This document shows positions 1-9,294 of a stretch of DNA of 62,720 nt, in pieces. A model generated the notes under the pieces. The model did no database searches, was not told the DNA's origin, and saw only the letters and a list, made by a program, of their open reading frames with translations. Both the position numbers and the translations under genes were made by a program. The stretch covers positions 1 through 62,720 of the forward strand of contig JAHELV010000020.1 in the NCBI GenBank assembly GCA_024644015.1, in the 5' to 3' direction. The first letter of the stretch is position 1; every line of letters begins with the position of its first letter. Source of the DNA: Nitriliruptorales bacterium. Lineage in GTDB: Bacteria; Actinomycetota; Nitriliruptoria; Euzebyales; JAHELV01.

Positions 1-553
1 GGACGTTCGTGACGGAGGGCGAGGGCGTCGCCCTGGTGACCGGCACGGGTCGCGACACCCGCCTCGCGCAGATCGCCACGCTGACCCATGCAGGTCGTCG
101 AGGTGTGGACCCCCGCCGGCGTCGCAAGGATCACCGGCATCGGCTATCAGCCCACAGCGACCCTCGCCGTCGACGCGGACCAGGTCACGCCCGCGTTGCA
201 CGCGCTGGCGACGGTTGGCGCGCGGTGCTCGAACGGGCACGCCGTACTGCGTGCTGCTTGCCGCATCCGGAGCCACCTTCAGCGCGGTGGTGGTCGGGCA
301 GATGGCCAACGCGTTCGCCTGCCGGAGCAACACACGATGGGTGGCACGCAGTGGCTGGCGCGGCAACCGGTTGCTGGTGGCGGCCGTCCTGGCCGAGGCC
401 GGCGTGACCGGCGCGTTCCTCTACATCCCGTCGATCGCTGCTGTCCTCGGGCACGCCCCACCTGTCGCTGCGGGTTGGACGGTCGCGTTGCTCACAGGGC
501 CGGCAGTGATCGCCGCTGATCTGATCGACAAGACTCTCCGCAACCGCGCCTGA
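1..553 (+). pseudogene. Cation-transporting P-type ATPase remnant (type II/CtpF-like) with two internal deletions
   Basis: Three frame-shifted pieces: end of A-domain (TFVTEGEGVALVTGTGRDTRLAQIATLT), start of N-domain (MQVVEVWTP...GYQP...ARCSNGHA) and C-terminal TM part (GQMANAFACRS...NRLL). No DKTGT. Runs off the left edge. Confidence 0.8.
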
Positions 554-563
554 ACGACACGGG

Positions 564-998
564 TCACGCGTCGAGCGCCTCCCAGGCGCCGGCGGTGCTG
601 ACGACCCGGGCAAGCGCATCAATCTGTTGTACGTATGCCTGCAACAGGTCGTCGAGCGCGACGACGCCGACCACGACGCCGGTCGCATCAAGCACCGGCA
701 GCCGGCGGCACTCACGTTCGACCATGGTGGTGTGCGCGGCGACGACGTCCTGTTGCTGGTAGACGAACGCCGGATCGGCGGTCATCACCTCGGCGACCGG
801 CGCGTCTGGCGAGCGGCCCCCGGCGAGCCCTCGGATCACGATGTCGCGGTCGGTCACGATGCCGACGACGTGCTCGTGTGCGTCAGTGACGACGACGCTG
901 CCAGCGCCGCTGTCACGCATGATCGCAGCGGCTTCGGCGATCGTTGCCTCGCGAGCGCACGTGATCGCGGGCTTGTGGGTCAGTGCCTCGAGATCCAT
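564..998 (-). CDS. CBS-domain protein (Hrp1-like)
   Basis: Tandem CBS motifs: VVGIVTDRDIV, VAEVMT, RRLPVLD...VGVVALDDL. Confidence 0.9.
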   Translation of the reverse strand: MDLEALTHKPAITCAREATIAEAAAIMRDSGAGSVVVTDAHEHVVGIVTDRDIVIRGLAGGRSPDAPVAEVMTADPAFVYQQQDVVAAHTTMVERECRRLPVLDATGVVVGVVALDDLLQAYVQQIDALARVVSTAGAWEALDA

Positions 999-1019
999 CG
1001 CGAAACCTCCGCGTCGTTG

Positions 1020-2177
1020 TCAGGGGACGACCGGCGGGACGAGATCGTCATCGCGCCACACCAAACCGGAGTCCACGCCCACGACACCGTCGACGGCGTC
1101 GATCGCCTGCAGCACTCTCCGGGCCGTGCTGTGGAACGTCACGTCGCCGCTCACCGCAGCCACGCCCCACTCGACGTGCACGGTGACCAGGTCGGCCGCG
1201 TCGGTGTCGAGGTCGCGCAACGCCAGATCCACTGCAGCCTGCGTGTCCGCATCGCTGCGAACCACCGCACGCAGCACGTCGTGGCGTGACACCAGGCCGA
1301 CGATCTCCGCGCCGCCGACGACGATCAGGCGGGCGATGTCATGATCCCACATGACGCGCGCCGCGTCGGCCACCGTCGCGTCGGGGGTGATGGTCCGCGC
1401 CGGACGGCTGCACGCCTGCCCGACCGTCCGGGCATACCGTCGCTGGCGGGCGGCGCTTGCACGACCGCCCAGGCCGGCAGGCGGAGGCGCCTGCACCGCC
1501 AACAGGTCGGCCTCGCTGAGCACACCGACCAGACCCCCCGCGTCAGTTCGCACCGGCGCGCCGGCCACGGCGAAGTGAAACAGCAGCAACGCGGCGGTCT
1601 TGACGGGCATGTCCTCGTACAGGACCAACGGGTCGGGGGTCATGACGTCGCGAACGGTCAGCTGTACAGCCGGCACCGCGTCTTCGTCCTCGTCGCCTTC
1701 GCTGGCGACGGGCGCGAGCAAGGCGTCGGCCAGTCGATCCGCGATGTGCCGGGCCGTGCGCTCGGCGATCGAGCCGAGCACCGTCGTCTCCGCGAGCGCG
1801 CCGACCGGACCCAGCGGTGGCGTGACCGCTCCGACGACGGTCAGTTGGGCGGATCGCGACGACAGCGGCTCGAGTTCGATGGTGCCGCGGAACACCGGGA
1901 AGGCGTGCCGGCCGGGTTCGGCCTCCCACTGCAGCGGGATCAGCGTGCGATCGCCATGATCCAACGCGACGCCGGTCCGCACGCGGACCTGCTTGTGCAC
2001 GTCCAGCCCGACCACGTGGGCCGGCAACCGCAGCAGCATCGAGCCATCAGGGTCCGGCTGTCCGTCGTCGCTGCCGGTCGCCGCCCGCAGCAGGTCGGCG
2101 ATCTCCACGCGCAGTCTGCGTCGCAGCTCCGACAGCGTGCCGGGCACACGACGATATGCAACGACCCAGTGCTTCAT
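1020..2177 (-). CDS. SRPBCC-like + CBS pair + BON domain protein
   Basis: Start moved to ATG 2177 (GAGGAG RBS). VRDVMT...LVGVLSEADLL, IVGLVSRHDVL, then BON-like VHVEWGVAAVSG...IDAVDGVVGVDSGL. Confidence 0.8.
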   Translation of the reverse strand: MKHWVVAYRRVPGTLSELRRRLRVEIADLLRAATGSDDGQPDPDGSMLLRLPAHVVGLDVHKQVRVRTGVALDHGDRTLIPLQWEAEPGRHAFPVFRGTIELEPLSSRSAQLTVVGAVTPPLGPVGALAETTVLGSIAERTARHIADRLADALLAPVASEGDEDEDAVPAVQLTVRDVMTPDPLVLYEDMPVKTAALLLFHFAVAGAPVRTDAGGLVGVLSEADLLAVQAPPPAGLGGRASAARQRRYARTVGQACSRPARTITPDATVADAARVMWDHDIARLIVVGGAEIVGLVSRHDVLRAVVRSDADTQAAVDLALRDLDTDAADLVTVHVEWGVAAVSGDVTFHSTARRVLQAIDAVDGVVGVDSGLVWRDDDLVPPVVP

Positions 2178-2269
2178 GGTCCACACGCTCCTCGTCGCCG
2201 CCGATAAGGCGACCACTGCGACCGTAGCCCTGCGACCGACAGGCGGAACCTGCCAACGTCCTGGTTCCG

Positions 2270-2315
2270 CAGAGTCGTTCGTCCCCACCGCGCAGACACG
2301 GGACCATCGGCTGCG
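2270..2315. promoter_or_regulatory. Two DosR-box-like sites between divergent CBS-BON and USP genes
   Basis: CAGAGTCGTTCGTCCCCA and ACGGGACCATCGGCTGCG resemble GGGAC-N4-GnCCC. Confidence 0.45.
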
Positions 2316-2405
2316 CATGCACGGCCGGACGTCCCACCGGTGTCAGGCCGACGAGACTACGGTGCACCGCAGTCGCTCAGGCGACCAGGGACAGCCGGAG
2401 CAGCA

Positions 2406-3317
2406 ATGCAGGAAATGCAACGTCAACCGATCGTGGTCGGAGTCGACGGGTCCGAACATTCGATGCGAGCGCTGCGCTGGGCTGTCCGGGAAGCGCAGCT
2501 GCGGCGGGTGCGGGTCGAGCTGGTGCACTCGTACCGCCGCGAGGGCATCGCCGTCGCGTCAACTGCTGCCGCGCGCGACCTGGCCGGCAAGGTGATCTCG
2601 GACGTCATCGATCGTCATCGCGAACTGCTCGACACGGTTGGCTGGCGGCAGACCATCGTCGCCGCTGCCGGCGGCGGCGCCGCGCAGGTGCTGCTCGACG
2701 CCGGCCACGACGCCCAGATGATCGTGGTGGGCACCCGCGGCCTCGGCGGCTTCGGCGAACTGCTGCTGGGCTCCACCAGCCACCATGTGCTGATGCACGC
2801 CGCCGTACCCGTCGCGCTGATCCGTGAGCAGGGTCAGGGCGGGCCGTTCGACGCCGAGGAGCACGACGGCCTCCGTCCGCTCGTCGTCGGCGTTGACAAG
2901 TCGCCCGAGTCGCTCGGCGCGCTGCGCTGGGCCATCGACGAAGCCCAGCGGCGACGTGTCGGCGTACTCGTCGTGCACGGGGTCGACGCTCCCAATCCCG
3001 CAGAGCTGCGGGTGCTGGGGCTGCCGTTCGAGCTGGTTGCGGTCCGCCTCGAAGAGATCCGTGCCGCCGCGCGCGAGGAAGTCGACCGGCAGATCTACCG
3101 TTCGGTGCCCGTCGACGGCGACGTCGACATCGACCGTGTCATCGACGATGCCGGTCCGGCCGCCGCGTTGCAGCGCTACGCCACTGCGGAACACCTGCTG
3201 GTCGTCGGCACACGCGGGCGTCGCGGGTTCGCCGAGCTCGGGCCGGGATCGGTCAGCCACCAGTGCGCCCACCACGCCGCCGGCCCACTGGTGGTCGTAC
3301 CCCACAGGCCTTCGTAG
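2406..3317 (+). CDS. Universal stress protein (two USP domains)
   Basis: IVVGVDGS, VVGTRGLGGFGELLLGSTS, second LVVGVDKS...GSVSHQCAHHA. Confidence 0.93.
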   Translation: MQEMQRQPIVVGVDGSEHSMRALRWAVREAQLRRVRVELVHSYRREGIAVASTAAARDLAGKVISDVIDRHRELLDTVGWRQTIVAAAGGGAAQVLLDAGHDAQMIVVGTRGLGGFGELLLGSTSHHVLMHAAVPVALIREQGQGGPFDAEEHDGLRPLVVGVDKSPESLGALRWAIDEAQRRRVGVLVVHGVDAPNPAELRVLGLPFELVAVRLEEIRAAAREEVDRQIYRSVPVDGDVDIDRVIDDAGPAAALQRYATAEHLLVVGTRGRRGFAELGPGSVSHQCAHHAAGPLVVVPHRPS

Positions 3318-3322
3318 CGCGC

Positions 3323-4189
3323 CTAGCGACCGACCAGCGTCGCGGGCGCGTGGCGGACGATCTGATCGCTGACCGATCCGAGCGTGGCACGATCGAGCGC
3401 GTCGAGGCCCCGCGAACCCACGACGGCCAGATCTGCACCCACATGGTCGATCTCGCTCAGCAACCGCTTGACCGGGTGTCCCATGACGACGCGGGCCTGT
3501 GCCTCGAACCCGTGCGCGTTGAGGCGCTGCACGACGTGATCCGCGTTGTCACGGGCCGGCGCCATGACCTCGGCCTCGACCTCTGGCGACGGCGCGGACG
3601 TGGCATGACCGATGTAGGGAGGGCCCAGCGCGGGAGCCAGCAGCGTGGCGGCCGACACCACCGTGAACGAACAGCGTTGCGGGTCGAGCAAAGCGCTGGC
3701 GACGTCGAGAGCGCTCAGCGACTGCGCTGAACCGTCGGAGCCGAACACAACGGTGGTGCGGTCCGTGCGCGGCGCAGCGTGGACGATCAGGACCGACATC
3801 GGTGCGCAGTGCACGAGGTCGGTGCTGACACTGCCCAGCAGGCGGCCACCGATCCAACGGACGCCGGACCCGGCGACGACCAGATCCACCGACCGCTCGG
3901 CGGCGATCTCGGTCAGGGTGGCGGCTGGTCGGCCCTGCCGTACGAGACCGTCGGTGGCGAAACCGACGGCGCCGAGCATCTCGCGGCCTTGCTCGACCGC
4001 GTCGTGTGCGCGACGGCGGCGCGTTTCGTCGGACTGGAGCGAGGCACTCAGGTGACGCAGCTCGGGCGGGCCGGTGGCCACGACCGACGCGACGGTCACG
4101 TGTGTGCTCTGGCGTTCCGCCATCGCCACGAGCAGGGCAGCGGCGTCGATCGCCGCCGTTCCGCCGTCCGTCGCGTAGAGCAGTCGCAT
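3323..4189 (-). CDS. Universal stress protein (two USP domains)
   Basis: LLYATDG, GRLLGSVS, VVFGSDGS, VVGSRG...LGSVSDQIVRHAP. Confidence 0.92.
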   Translation of the reverse strand: MRLLYATDGGTAAIDAAALLVAMAERQSTHVTVASVVATGPPELRHLSASLQSDETRRRRAHDAVEQGREMLGAVGFATDGLVRQGRPAATLTEIAAERSVDLVVAGSGVRWIGGRLLGSVSTDLVHCAPMSVLIVHAAPRTDRTTVVFGSDGSAQSLSALDVASALLDPQRCSFTVVSAATLLAPALGPPYIGHATSAPSPEVEAEVMAPARDNADHVVQRLNAHGFEAQARVVMGHPVKRLLSEIDHVGADLAVVGSRGLDALDRATLGSVSDQIVRHAPATLVGR

Positions 4190-4429
4190 CGTGATCCCGG
4201 ATCACCCGTCTGGCATCGCCGGGCACACAGACCATGCGCCCGGTCGCCGATCATAGTCGGTACGGCAGCGCTTCCCCCGCAGCCCGAGCCTGTCAGCCGA
4301 CCCGGACGCGCACCGCAGCCGTTGACACGGTCGACGCAGGGACTACGGTTGACCTCACCCCGGGTCGTCCGGGCCGTAGGACCACTCCACGCAGCGAACC
4401 GGCGTCGCTTCCGCTCCCGGAGGTCAATC

Positions 4430-6145
4430 GTGCAGTCACCTGGCGACCCGGCACCGCACGTCGTGCCGGCGCGGCTGGCGCTCGACGAACTCCTGGGCGA
4501 GCTGCTCAGCCAGACCCGCGCGATCATCGGCGTGCGCGATGGACTGTGGCGCCTGATCGAGGCGATCGTCCACATCGCGTCTGCGGAGCTGACGTTGGCC
4601 AGCGTGCTCAACCGGATCGTCGAAGTGGCCCGCGACATGGTCGACGCCGAGTACGCCGCGCTCGGCGTCATCGCCGAATCAGGCGGCCTGCGCGAGTTCG
4701 TCCACGTCGGCTTCGACTCGGCCACGATCGATCGGGTCGGCCATCTGCCAGAGGGACACGGGATCCTCGGGCTGCTGATCACCGAACCCCAGGCGTTGCG
4801 TCTCGAAGACCTGTCGGACCACCCGGCAGCCGTCGGCTTCCCGACCCACCACCCGGCGATGGACAGCTTCCTGGGTGTCCCGATCACCGTCGGCGACACG
4901 GTCTACGGCAACCTGTACCTGACCAACCGCCGTGGCGGGCACGGCTTCACCGCTGACGACGTCGAGTTGGTGGCGACCCTGGCGTCCGCCGCGGGTGTGG
5001 TGATCGACAACGCGCGGTTGCACGACGAGGCCCTCCGACGCGAGCGCTGGCTGGAGGCGACCCGCGACCTGACCAGCGACGTGCTGGCCGGGACCGGCAC
5101 GACGCACGTGCAGGCGGTGATCACCGAGCGCATCCGCGAACTCGCTGGTGCGGCCACGAGCGTTCTCGCGCGCATCGACGGGGACTCGCTGCTGGTCGTC
5201 GCCGCCGACGGCCTGTATGCAGAAGCGTTCGAGGGCCAGCGGTTCGCCAGGGAGGGATCGACCTCGGCCACGGCGATCGACGCGGGCCGCGCGATCGCGT
5301 TCGACGACCTGTCGGCCCTCGGCGTTGCAGCGGAGCCGTTCGCCACGGTTGCCGCGTACGGATCAGCGATGATCGTCCCGTTGTCGGCCGGACAGCACGC
5401 GCTGGGGACACTGGCCATCGCCCGTGAGAAGGCGTGCCCTCCGTTCGACGGCCGGGACCTGCGCGCGGCCGAAGCGTTCGCGGCGCAGGCGGCGCTGGCG
5501 CTCGACTACGATCACGCACAGGCCGAGCGACGGCGAGCAGCCGTGTTCACGGAGCGTGACCGGATCGGCCGCGATCTCCACGATCTCGTGATCCAGCGGC
5601 TGTTCGCGACCGGACTCGATCTGCACAGCGTGACCGCGCGGGTCAGCGATGCCGCAATCGCGACGCACGTGGACCAGGCCGTCGGGCAAATCGACGCGGC
5701 GATCACCGATCTGCGATCGTCGATCTTTGGACTCCATGCACGGCGGTCGGGCGCCTCGACGATTCGCAGCCAGTTGGACGAATTGTGCCGACACGCGGCG
5801 ACGACACTGGGCTTCGTGCCCGACTGCGAGATCGATCATGCGGTCGACACCGAGGTCCCAGACGAGATCGTGGTGGATCTCCTGGCCGTCGTCCGGGAGG
5901 GCCTGACCAACATCGGACGTCACGCGCACGCAGCGGAGGCCGCGCTACGTCTGGAGATCACCGACGGCACGCTGCGGCTCGAGATCACAGACGACGGCGG
6001 CGGGATCGCTGCCGGTCGACGACGCAGTGGACTGGCCAACCTCCGTGCGCGCGCCGAACGGCTCGGCGGCGCGATGGAGGTCGTGTCCGCCGACGGCGGC
6101 GGCACGCAGCTTCTGTGGTCCGTACCCGTGCAACAGGAGACTTGA
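4430..6145 (+). CDS. DosS/DevS-like GAF-GAF sensor histidine kinase (HisKA_3)
   Basis: GTG 4430 after GGAGG. Heme-GAF motif GFPTHHPAMDSFLGVPI, H-box RDLHDLVIQRL, EGLTNIGRHA, DDGGG, GLANL. Confidence 0.9.
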   Translation: MQSPGDPAPHVVPARLALDELLGELLSQTRAIIGVRDGLWRLIEAIVHIASAELTLASVLNRIVEVARDMVDAEYAALGVIAESGGLREFVHVGFDSATIDRVGHLPEGHGILGLLITEPQALRLEDLSDHPAAVGFPTHHPAMDSFLGVPITVGDTVYGNLYLTNRRGGHGFTADDVELVATLASAAGVVIDNARLHDEALRRERWLEATRDLTSDVLAGTGTTHVQAVITERIRELAGAATSVLARIDGDSLLVVAADGLYAEAFEGQRFAREGSTSATAIDAGRAIAFDDLSALGVAAEPFATVAAYGSAMIVPLSAGQHALGTLAIAREKACPPFDGRDLRAAEAFAAQAALALDYDHAQAERRRAAVFTERDRIGRDLHDLVIQRLFATGLDLHSVTARVSDAAIATHVDQAVGQIDAAITDLRSSIFGLHARRSGASTIRSQLDELCRHAATTLGFVPDCEIDHAVDTEVPDEIVVDLLAVVREGLTNIGRHAHAAEAALRLEITDGTLRLEITDDGGGIAAGRRRSGLANLRARAERLGGAMEVVSADGGGTQLLWSVPVQQET

Positions 6146-6149
6146 GCCC

Positions 6150-6611
6150 ATGGACGCAGCCAGCGCGAATGCCCAACGAACGCGGGTCGCCGACGCGATG
6201 ACCGCCGACCCTGTCACGCTCGATGAGGACTGCTCGGTGCACTTCGCCGGCATTCAGCTGCTGCGCGAGGGGATCTCCGGCGCGCCGGTCGTCGATCACC
6301 ATGGCCTGCTGGTCGGGGTCTTCAGCCATACGGACGTGCTGGCACGGTTCGCGGCCCCACGCCAGCGGCGTGGCCCGCTGGCGCGGCTCGACGACCGTCA
6401 CGCCAGCGCGGTGGTCGTCGGCGAAGCCTGCACGAGGCCTGCGGTCACGATCGGTTTCGACGCCACGATCGACACGGCGGCACGGGAGTTGCTCGACAGA
6501 GACATCGGACGGCTCATCGTCGTCGACGGCGAAGCGGTCGTCGGCATCCTCAGCCGCAGCGACGTGTTGAAGCTGTTCCTCCCGGACTGGTCACCAGCGC
6601 CGCGCCTGTAA
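6150..6611 (+). CDS. CBS-domain protein
   Basis: VADAMT, ISGAPVVD...VGVFSHTDVL, VVGILSRSDVL; AGGAG RBS. Confidence 0.88.
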   Translation: MDAASANAQRTRVADAMTADPVTLDEDCSVHFAGIQLLREGISGAPVVDHHGLLVGVFSHTDVLARFAAPRQRRGPLARLDDRHASAVVVGEACTRPAVTIGFDATIDTAARELLDRDIGRLIVVDGEAVVGILSRSDVLKLFLPDWSPAPRL

Positions 6612-6678
6612 CCGGGCGCGCACAGCGGCGACCCCACGTCGCCACCGACTAGAACACTGGACACCGAGCCCGGCTGAG

Positions 6679-7413
6679 TCAGTGCCCGGGTTCGATCGGC
6701 TCGGCGGTGCCGAACCGTTGCACGAACGTGTCCAGTGCGGCGAGTTCAACGCCATCGCAACGCTGGAGCACCCCCCAGCTCGTGAACACGACCTCGCCCT
6801 CGTCCAGCTGTCCGTAGGGCGTGAGCGCCACCCTCCCGGCGTAGCGCTCGGCCACATGGTCGGCGAGCGCGGCGACCTCGCCGCCGAACAGAGGACCGTA
6901 GGACACGACCACGCCGTCCGCTTCGAGCACGGAGACCTGCTCGGGCTCGGTCAACGGGTCATCGACGTCACGCACGTCGACGTCGAACCGTCCGGACGCG
7001 TGCCACCCCGAAGTCGGTGGTCGCGACGAGTACGGCACGGGCGGTTCGCGGCCGCCGATGAGGTGCGACCCAGCCTGCAACGCGGGCCGCTCGATGTCGC
7101 CGCACTCCCCCACCGTGACCGCTTCGGGGGACGGGCCGGGTCCGGCCGTGGCCGCCGTGGCCGGAGGCGATGCAGGCGCGCTCGTCCCACGGCCGGCCGG
7201 CGCCGCGCCGTGGGACGGCGTCTCGGAGACGGTCGGGGCGGGGGTGGCTGTCTGGGCGGCACCGCAGGCGCTGGTGAGCAGTGCGGCACACAGCAGCACG
7301 ACGGGTTGACGCCTACGGGCAGGTGGCCGTCCCCGGTGCCTGCTGGTCTCGCTGCCCACCATCCCGGAGCCGGTTCGCCTTAGGGTGTCCGACCGTGCAT
7401 GAACGGTCGACAT
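6679..7413 (-). CDS. DUF3105-family lipoprotein
   Basis: Lipobox-like LTSAC, Pro/Ala/Thr linker, YSSRPPTSGWH, VLEADGVVVSY, TSWGVLQRC; start uncertain. Confidence 0.75.
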   Translation of the reverse strand: MSTVHARSDTLRRTGSGMVGSETSRHRGRPPARRRQPVVLLCAALLTSACGAAQTATPAPTVSETPSHGAAPAGRGTSAPASPPATAATAGPGPSPEAVTVGECGDIERPALQAGSHLIGGREPPVPYSSRPPTSGWHASGRFDVDVRDVDDPLTEPEQVSVLEADGVVVSYGPLFGGEVAALADHVAERYAGRVALTPYGQLDEGEVVFTSWGVLQRCDGVELAALDTFVQRFGTAEPIEPGH

Positions 7414-7496
7414 GGTAGCCGGAAGGCTCCCGACCGTGCCGCGCCGGACACGGTCGGGGTGCGACTGTCACCACGTTCACCCGCGAGATCTCACGA

Positions 7497-9110
7497 TCAC
7501 CGGGCGGCCTCGGCGAGGTTGGTGCGCTCGGCCGCGCCGGGCGGACCCGCAGCGACGACGTCCGGCGGCGCCTGATCCTCGTACGCGGCGAAGTTGTCGA
7601 CGAACATCTGCGCCAACTCGGCCGCCGTCGCGTCGTACGCGGCGGCGTCCGCCCACGTGTCGCGGGGCCGCAGCAGCTCAGGTGGCACGCCGTGGCACTC
7701 GGTCGGTACCTCCACGCCGAACACCGGATCAGTCACGTACTCGACGTCGTCGAGCGCTCCCGAGACCGCTGCGCGTACCAAGGCCCGCGAATGCTGGATC
7801 GAGATCCTGCTTCCGACACCATACGGTCCGCCGGTCCAGCCGGTGTTCAACAGCCAGACCTGGACATCATGGTTGGCGATCCGGTCGGCGAGCATCTCGG
7901 CGTACACGGTCGGGTGCAGCGGCATGAACGGTGCGCCGAAGCACGCCGAGAACGTGGCCCGCGGCTCCTTGACGCCGCGTTCAGTGCCCGCGACCTTCGC
8001 CGTGTAGCCCGAGATGAAGTGGTACTGGGCCTGCTCCGGCGTCAGCCGCGAGATCGGCGGAAGCACGCCGAACGCGTCGGCGGTCAGCATGATCACGTGG
8101 TTGGGGTGCCCACCCATGCCCGACGGCTTGATGTTCGGCAGGTGGCTCAACGGGTACGCACCGCGGGTGTTCTCGGTCAGCGAGTCGTCGTCGAGGTCGA
8201 GGCGGCGCGTTGCCGTGTCGATCGAGACGTTCTCCAGCACGGTGCCGAACCGCCGGGTGCAGGCGTAGATCTCCGGCTCGGCCGCAGGGTCGAGGTTGAT
8301 CATCTTCGCGTAGCTGCCGCCCTCGAAGTTGAACAGCCCCCGGTCGGACCAGCCGTGCTCGTCGTCACCGATCATCGCGCGGTCAGCTGATGTCGACAAG
8401 GTGGTCTTGCCCGTGCCGGACAACCCGAAGAAGACCGTCGTGTCGCCGTGCTCACCCTCGTTGGCCGACGCGTGCATCGTCAGGACACCGCGCTTTGGGA
8501 GCAGGTAGTTCATCACGCCGAACATCGACTTCTTGATCTCGCCGGCGTAGCTGGTGCCGCCGATCAGCGTCAGCTTCTTCGCCAGGTTGACGATGATGAA
8601 CGCCTCGCTGCGCGTGCCGTCCAGCTTCGGGATGGCCTTGAAGCGCGGGCAGTTGATGACGGTCCAGTCCGGCTCGAACCGCTCGAGCACCTCCGGGTCG
8701 AACTCACGGATGAACATGTCGCGCGCGAACATGTTGTGCCAGGCGTCCTCGGTGATGATGCGCGTGTCGTACCGGAACTCGGGGTCAGCACCCGTGTAGC
8801 AGTCCTGCACGAACACGTCGCGACCCTGCAGGTAGGCCTGCAGCCGGGCGAACAGGATGTCGAACGACTCGTGCTCGATCGGATGGTTGTGCTCACCCCA
8901 CCAGATGTCACTCGTCCACTCGGGATCACGGACGATGAACTTGTCCTTCGGTGAGCGCCCCGTGTACTGACCGGTCCGCACCACGAGAGGCCCGAGGTGC
9001 GCGACCTTGCCTTCGCGGCGGCGGATGGCTTCTTCGTACAGTGCGGGCGTCGACAGGTTGTGATACGTGTGCGCGACGTTACTGATGCCGAGCGGGGACA
9101 GGTCGACCAT
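7497..9110 (-). CDS. pckA: Phosphoenolpyruvate carboxykinase (ATP)
   Basis: TGRSPKDKF, YAGEIKKS, GLSGTGKTTLS, IGDDEHGW, FNFEGGSYAK, TENTRGAYP. Confidence 0.97.
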   Translation of the reverse strand: MVDLSPLGISNVAHTYHNLSTPALYEEAIRRREGKVAHLGPLVVRTGQYTGRSPKDKFIVRDPEWTSDIWWGEHNHPIEHESFDILFARLQAYLQGRDVFVQDCYTGADPEFRYDTRIITEDAWHNMFARDMFIREFDPEVLERFEPDWTVINCPRFKAIPKLDGTRSEAFIIVNLAKKLTLIGGTSYAGEIKKSMFGVMNYLLPKRGVLTMHASANEGEHGDTTVFFGLSGTGKTTLSTSADRAMIGDDEHGWSDRGLFNFEGGSYAKMINLDPAAEPEIYACTRRFGTVLENVSIDTATRRLDLDDDSLTENTRGAYPLSHLPNIKPSGMGGHPNHVIMLTADAFGVLPPISRLTPEQAQYHFISGYTAKVAGTERGVKEPRATFSACFGAPFMPLHPTVYAEMLADRIANHDVQVWLLNTGWTGGPYGVGSRISIQHSRALVRAAVSGALDDVEYVTDPVFGVEVPTECHGVPPELLRPRDTWADAAAYDATAAELAQMFVDNFAAYEDQAPPDVVAAGPPGAAERTNLAEAAR

Positions 9111-9294
9111 TGAAGATACCTTTGTTCGCTGACGCGCCAGTACAGACGGGGCTCGACCGGCACGACCGGGGCCTTCAGCCCTGTGTGACCGTGCGGAAGG
9201 TCCCACAACCGCAGCGCGACCGCGACGAGGATCCGAGTGCTGCCGTCGGGCGTCGCTCGGCTGTGCGGCGGCAATTCGTGCAACATGGTGGTGC

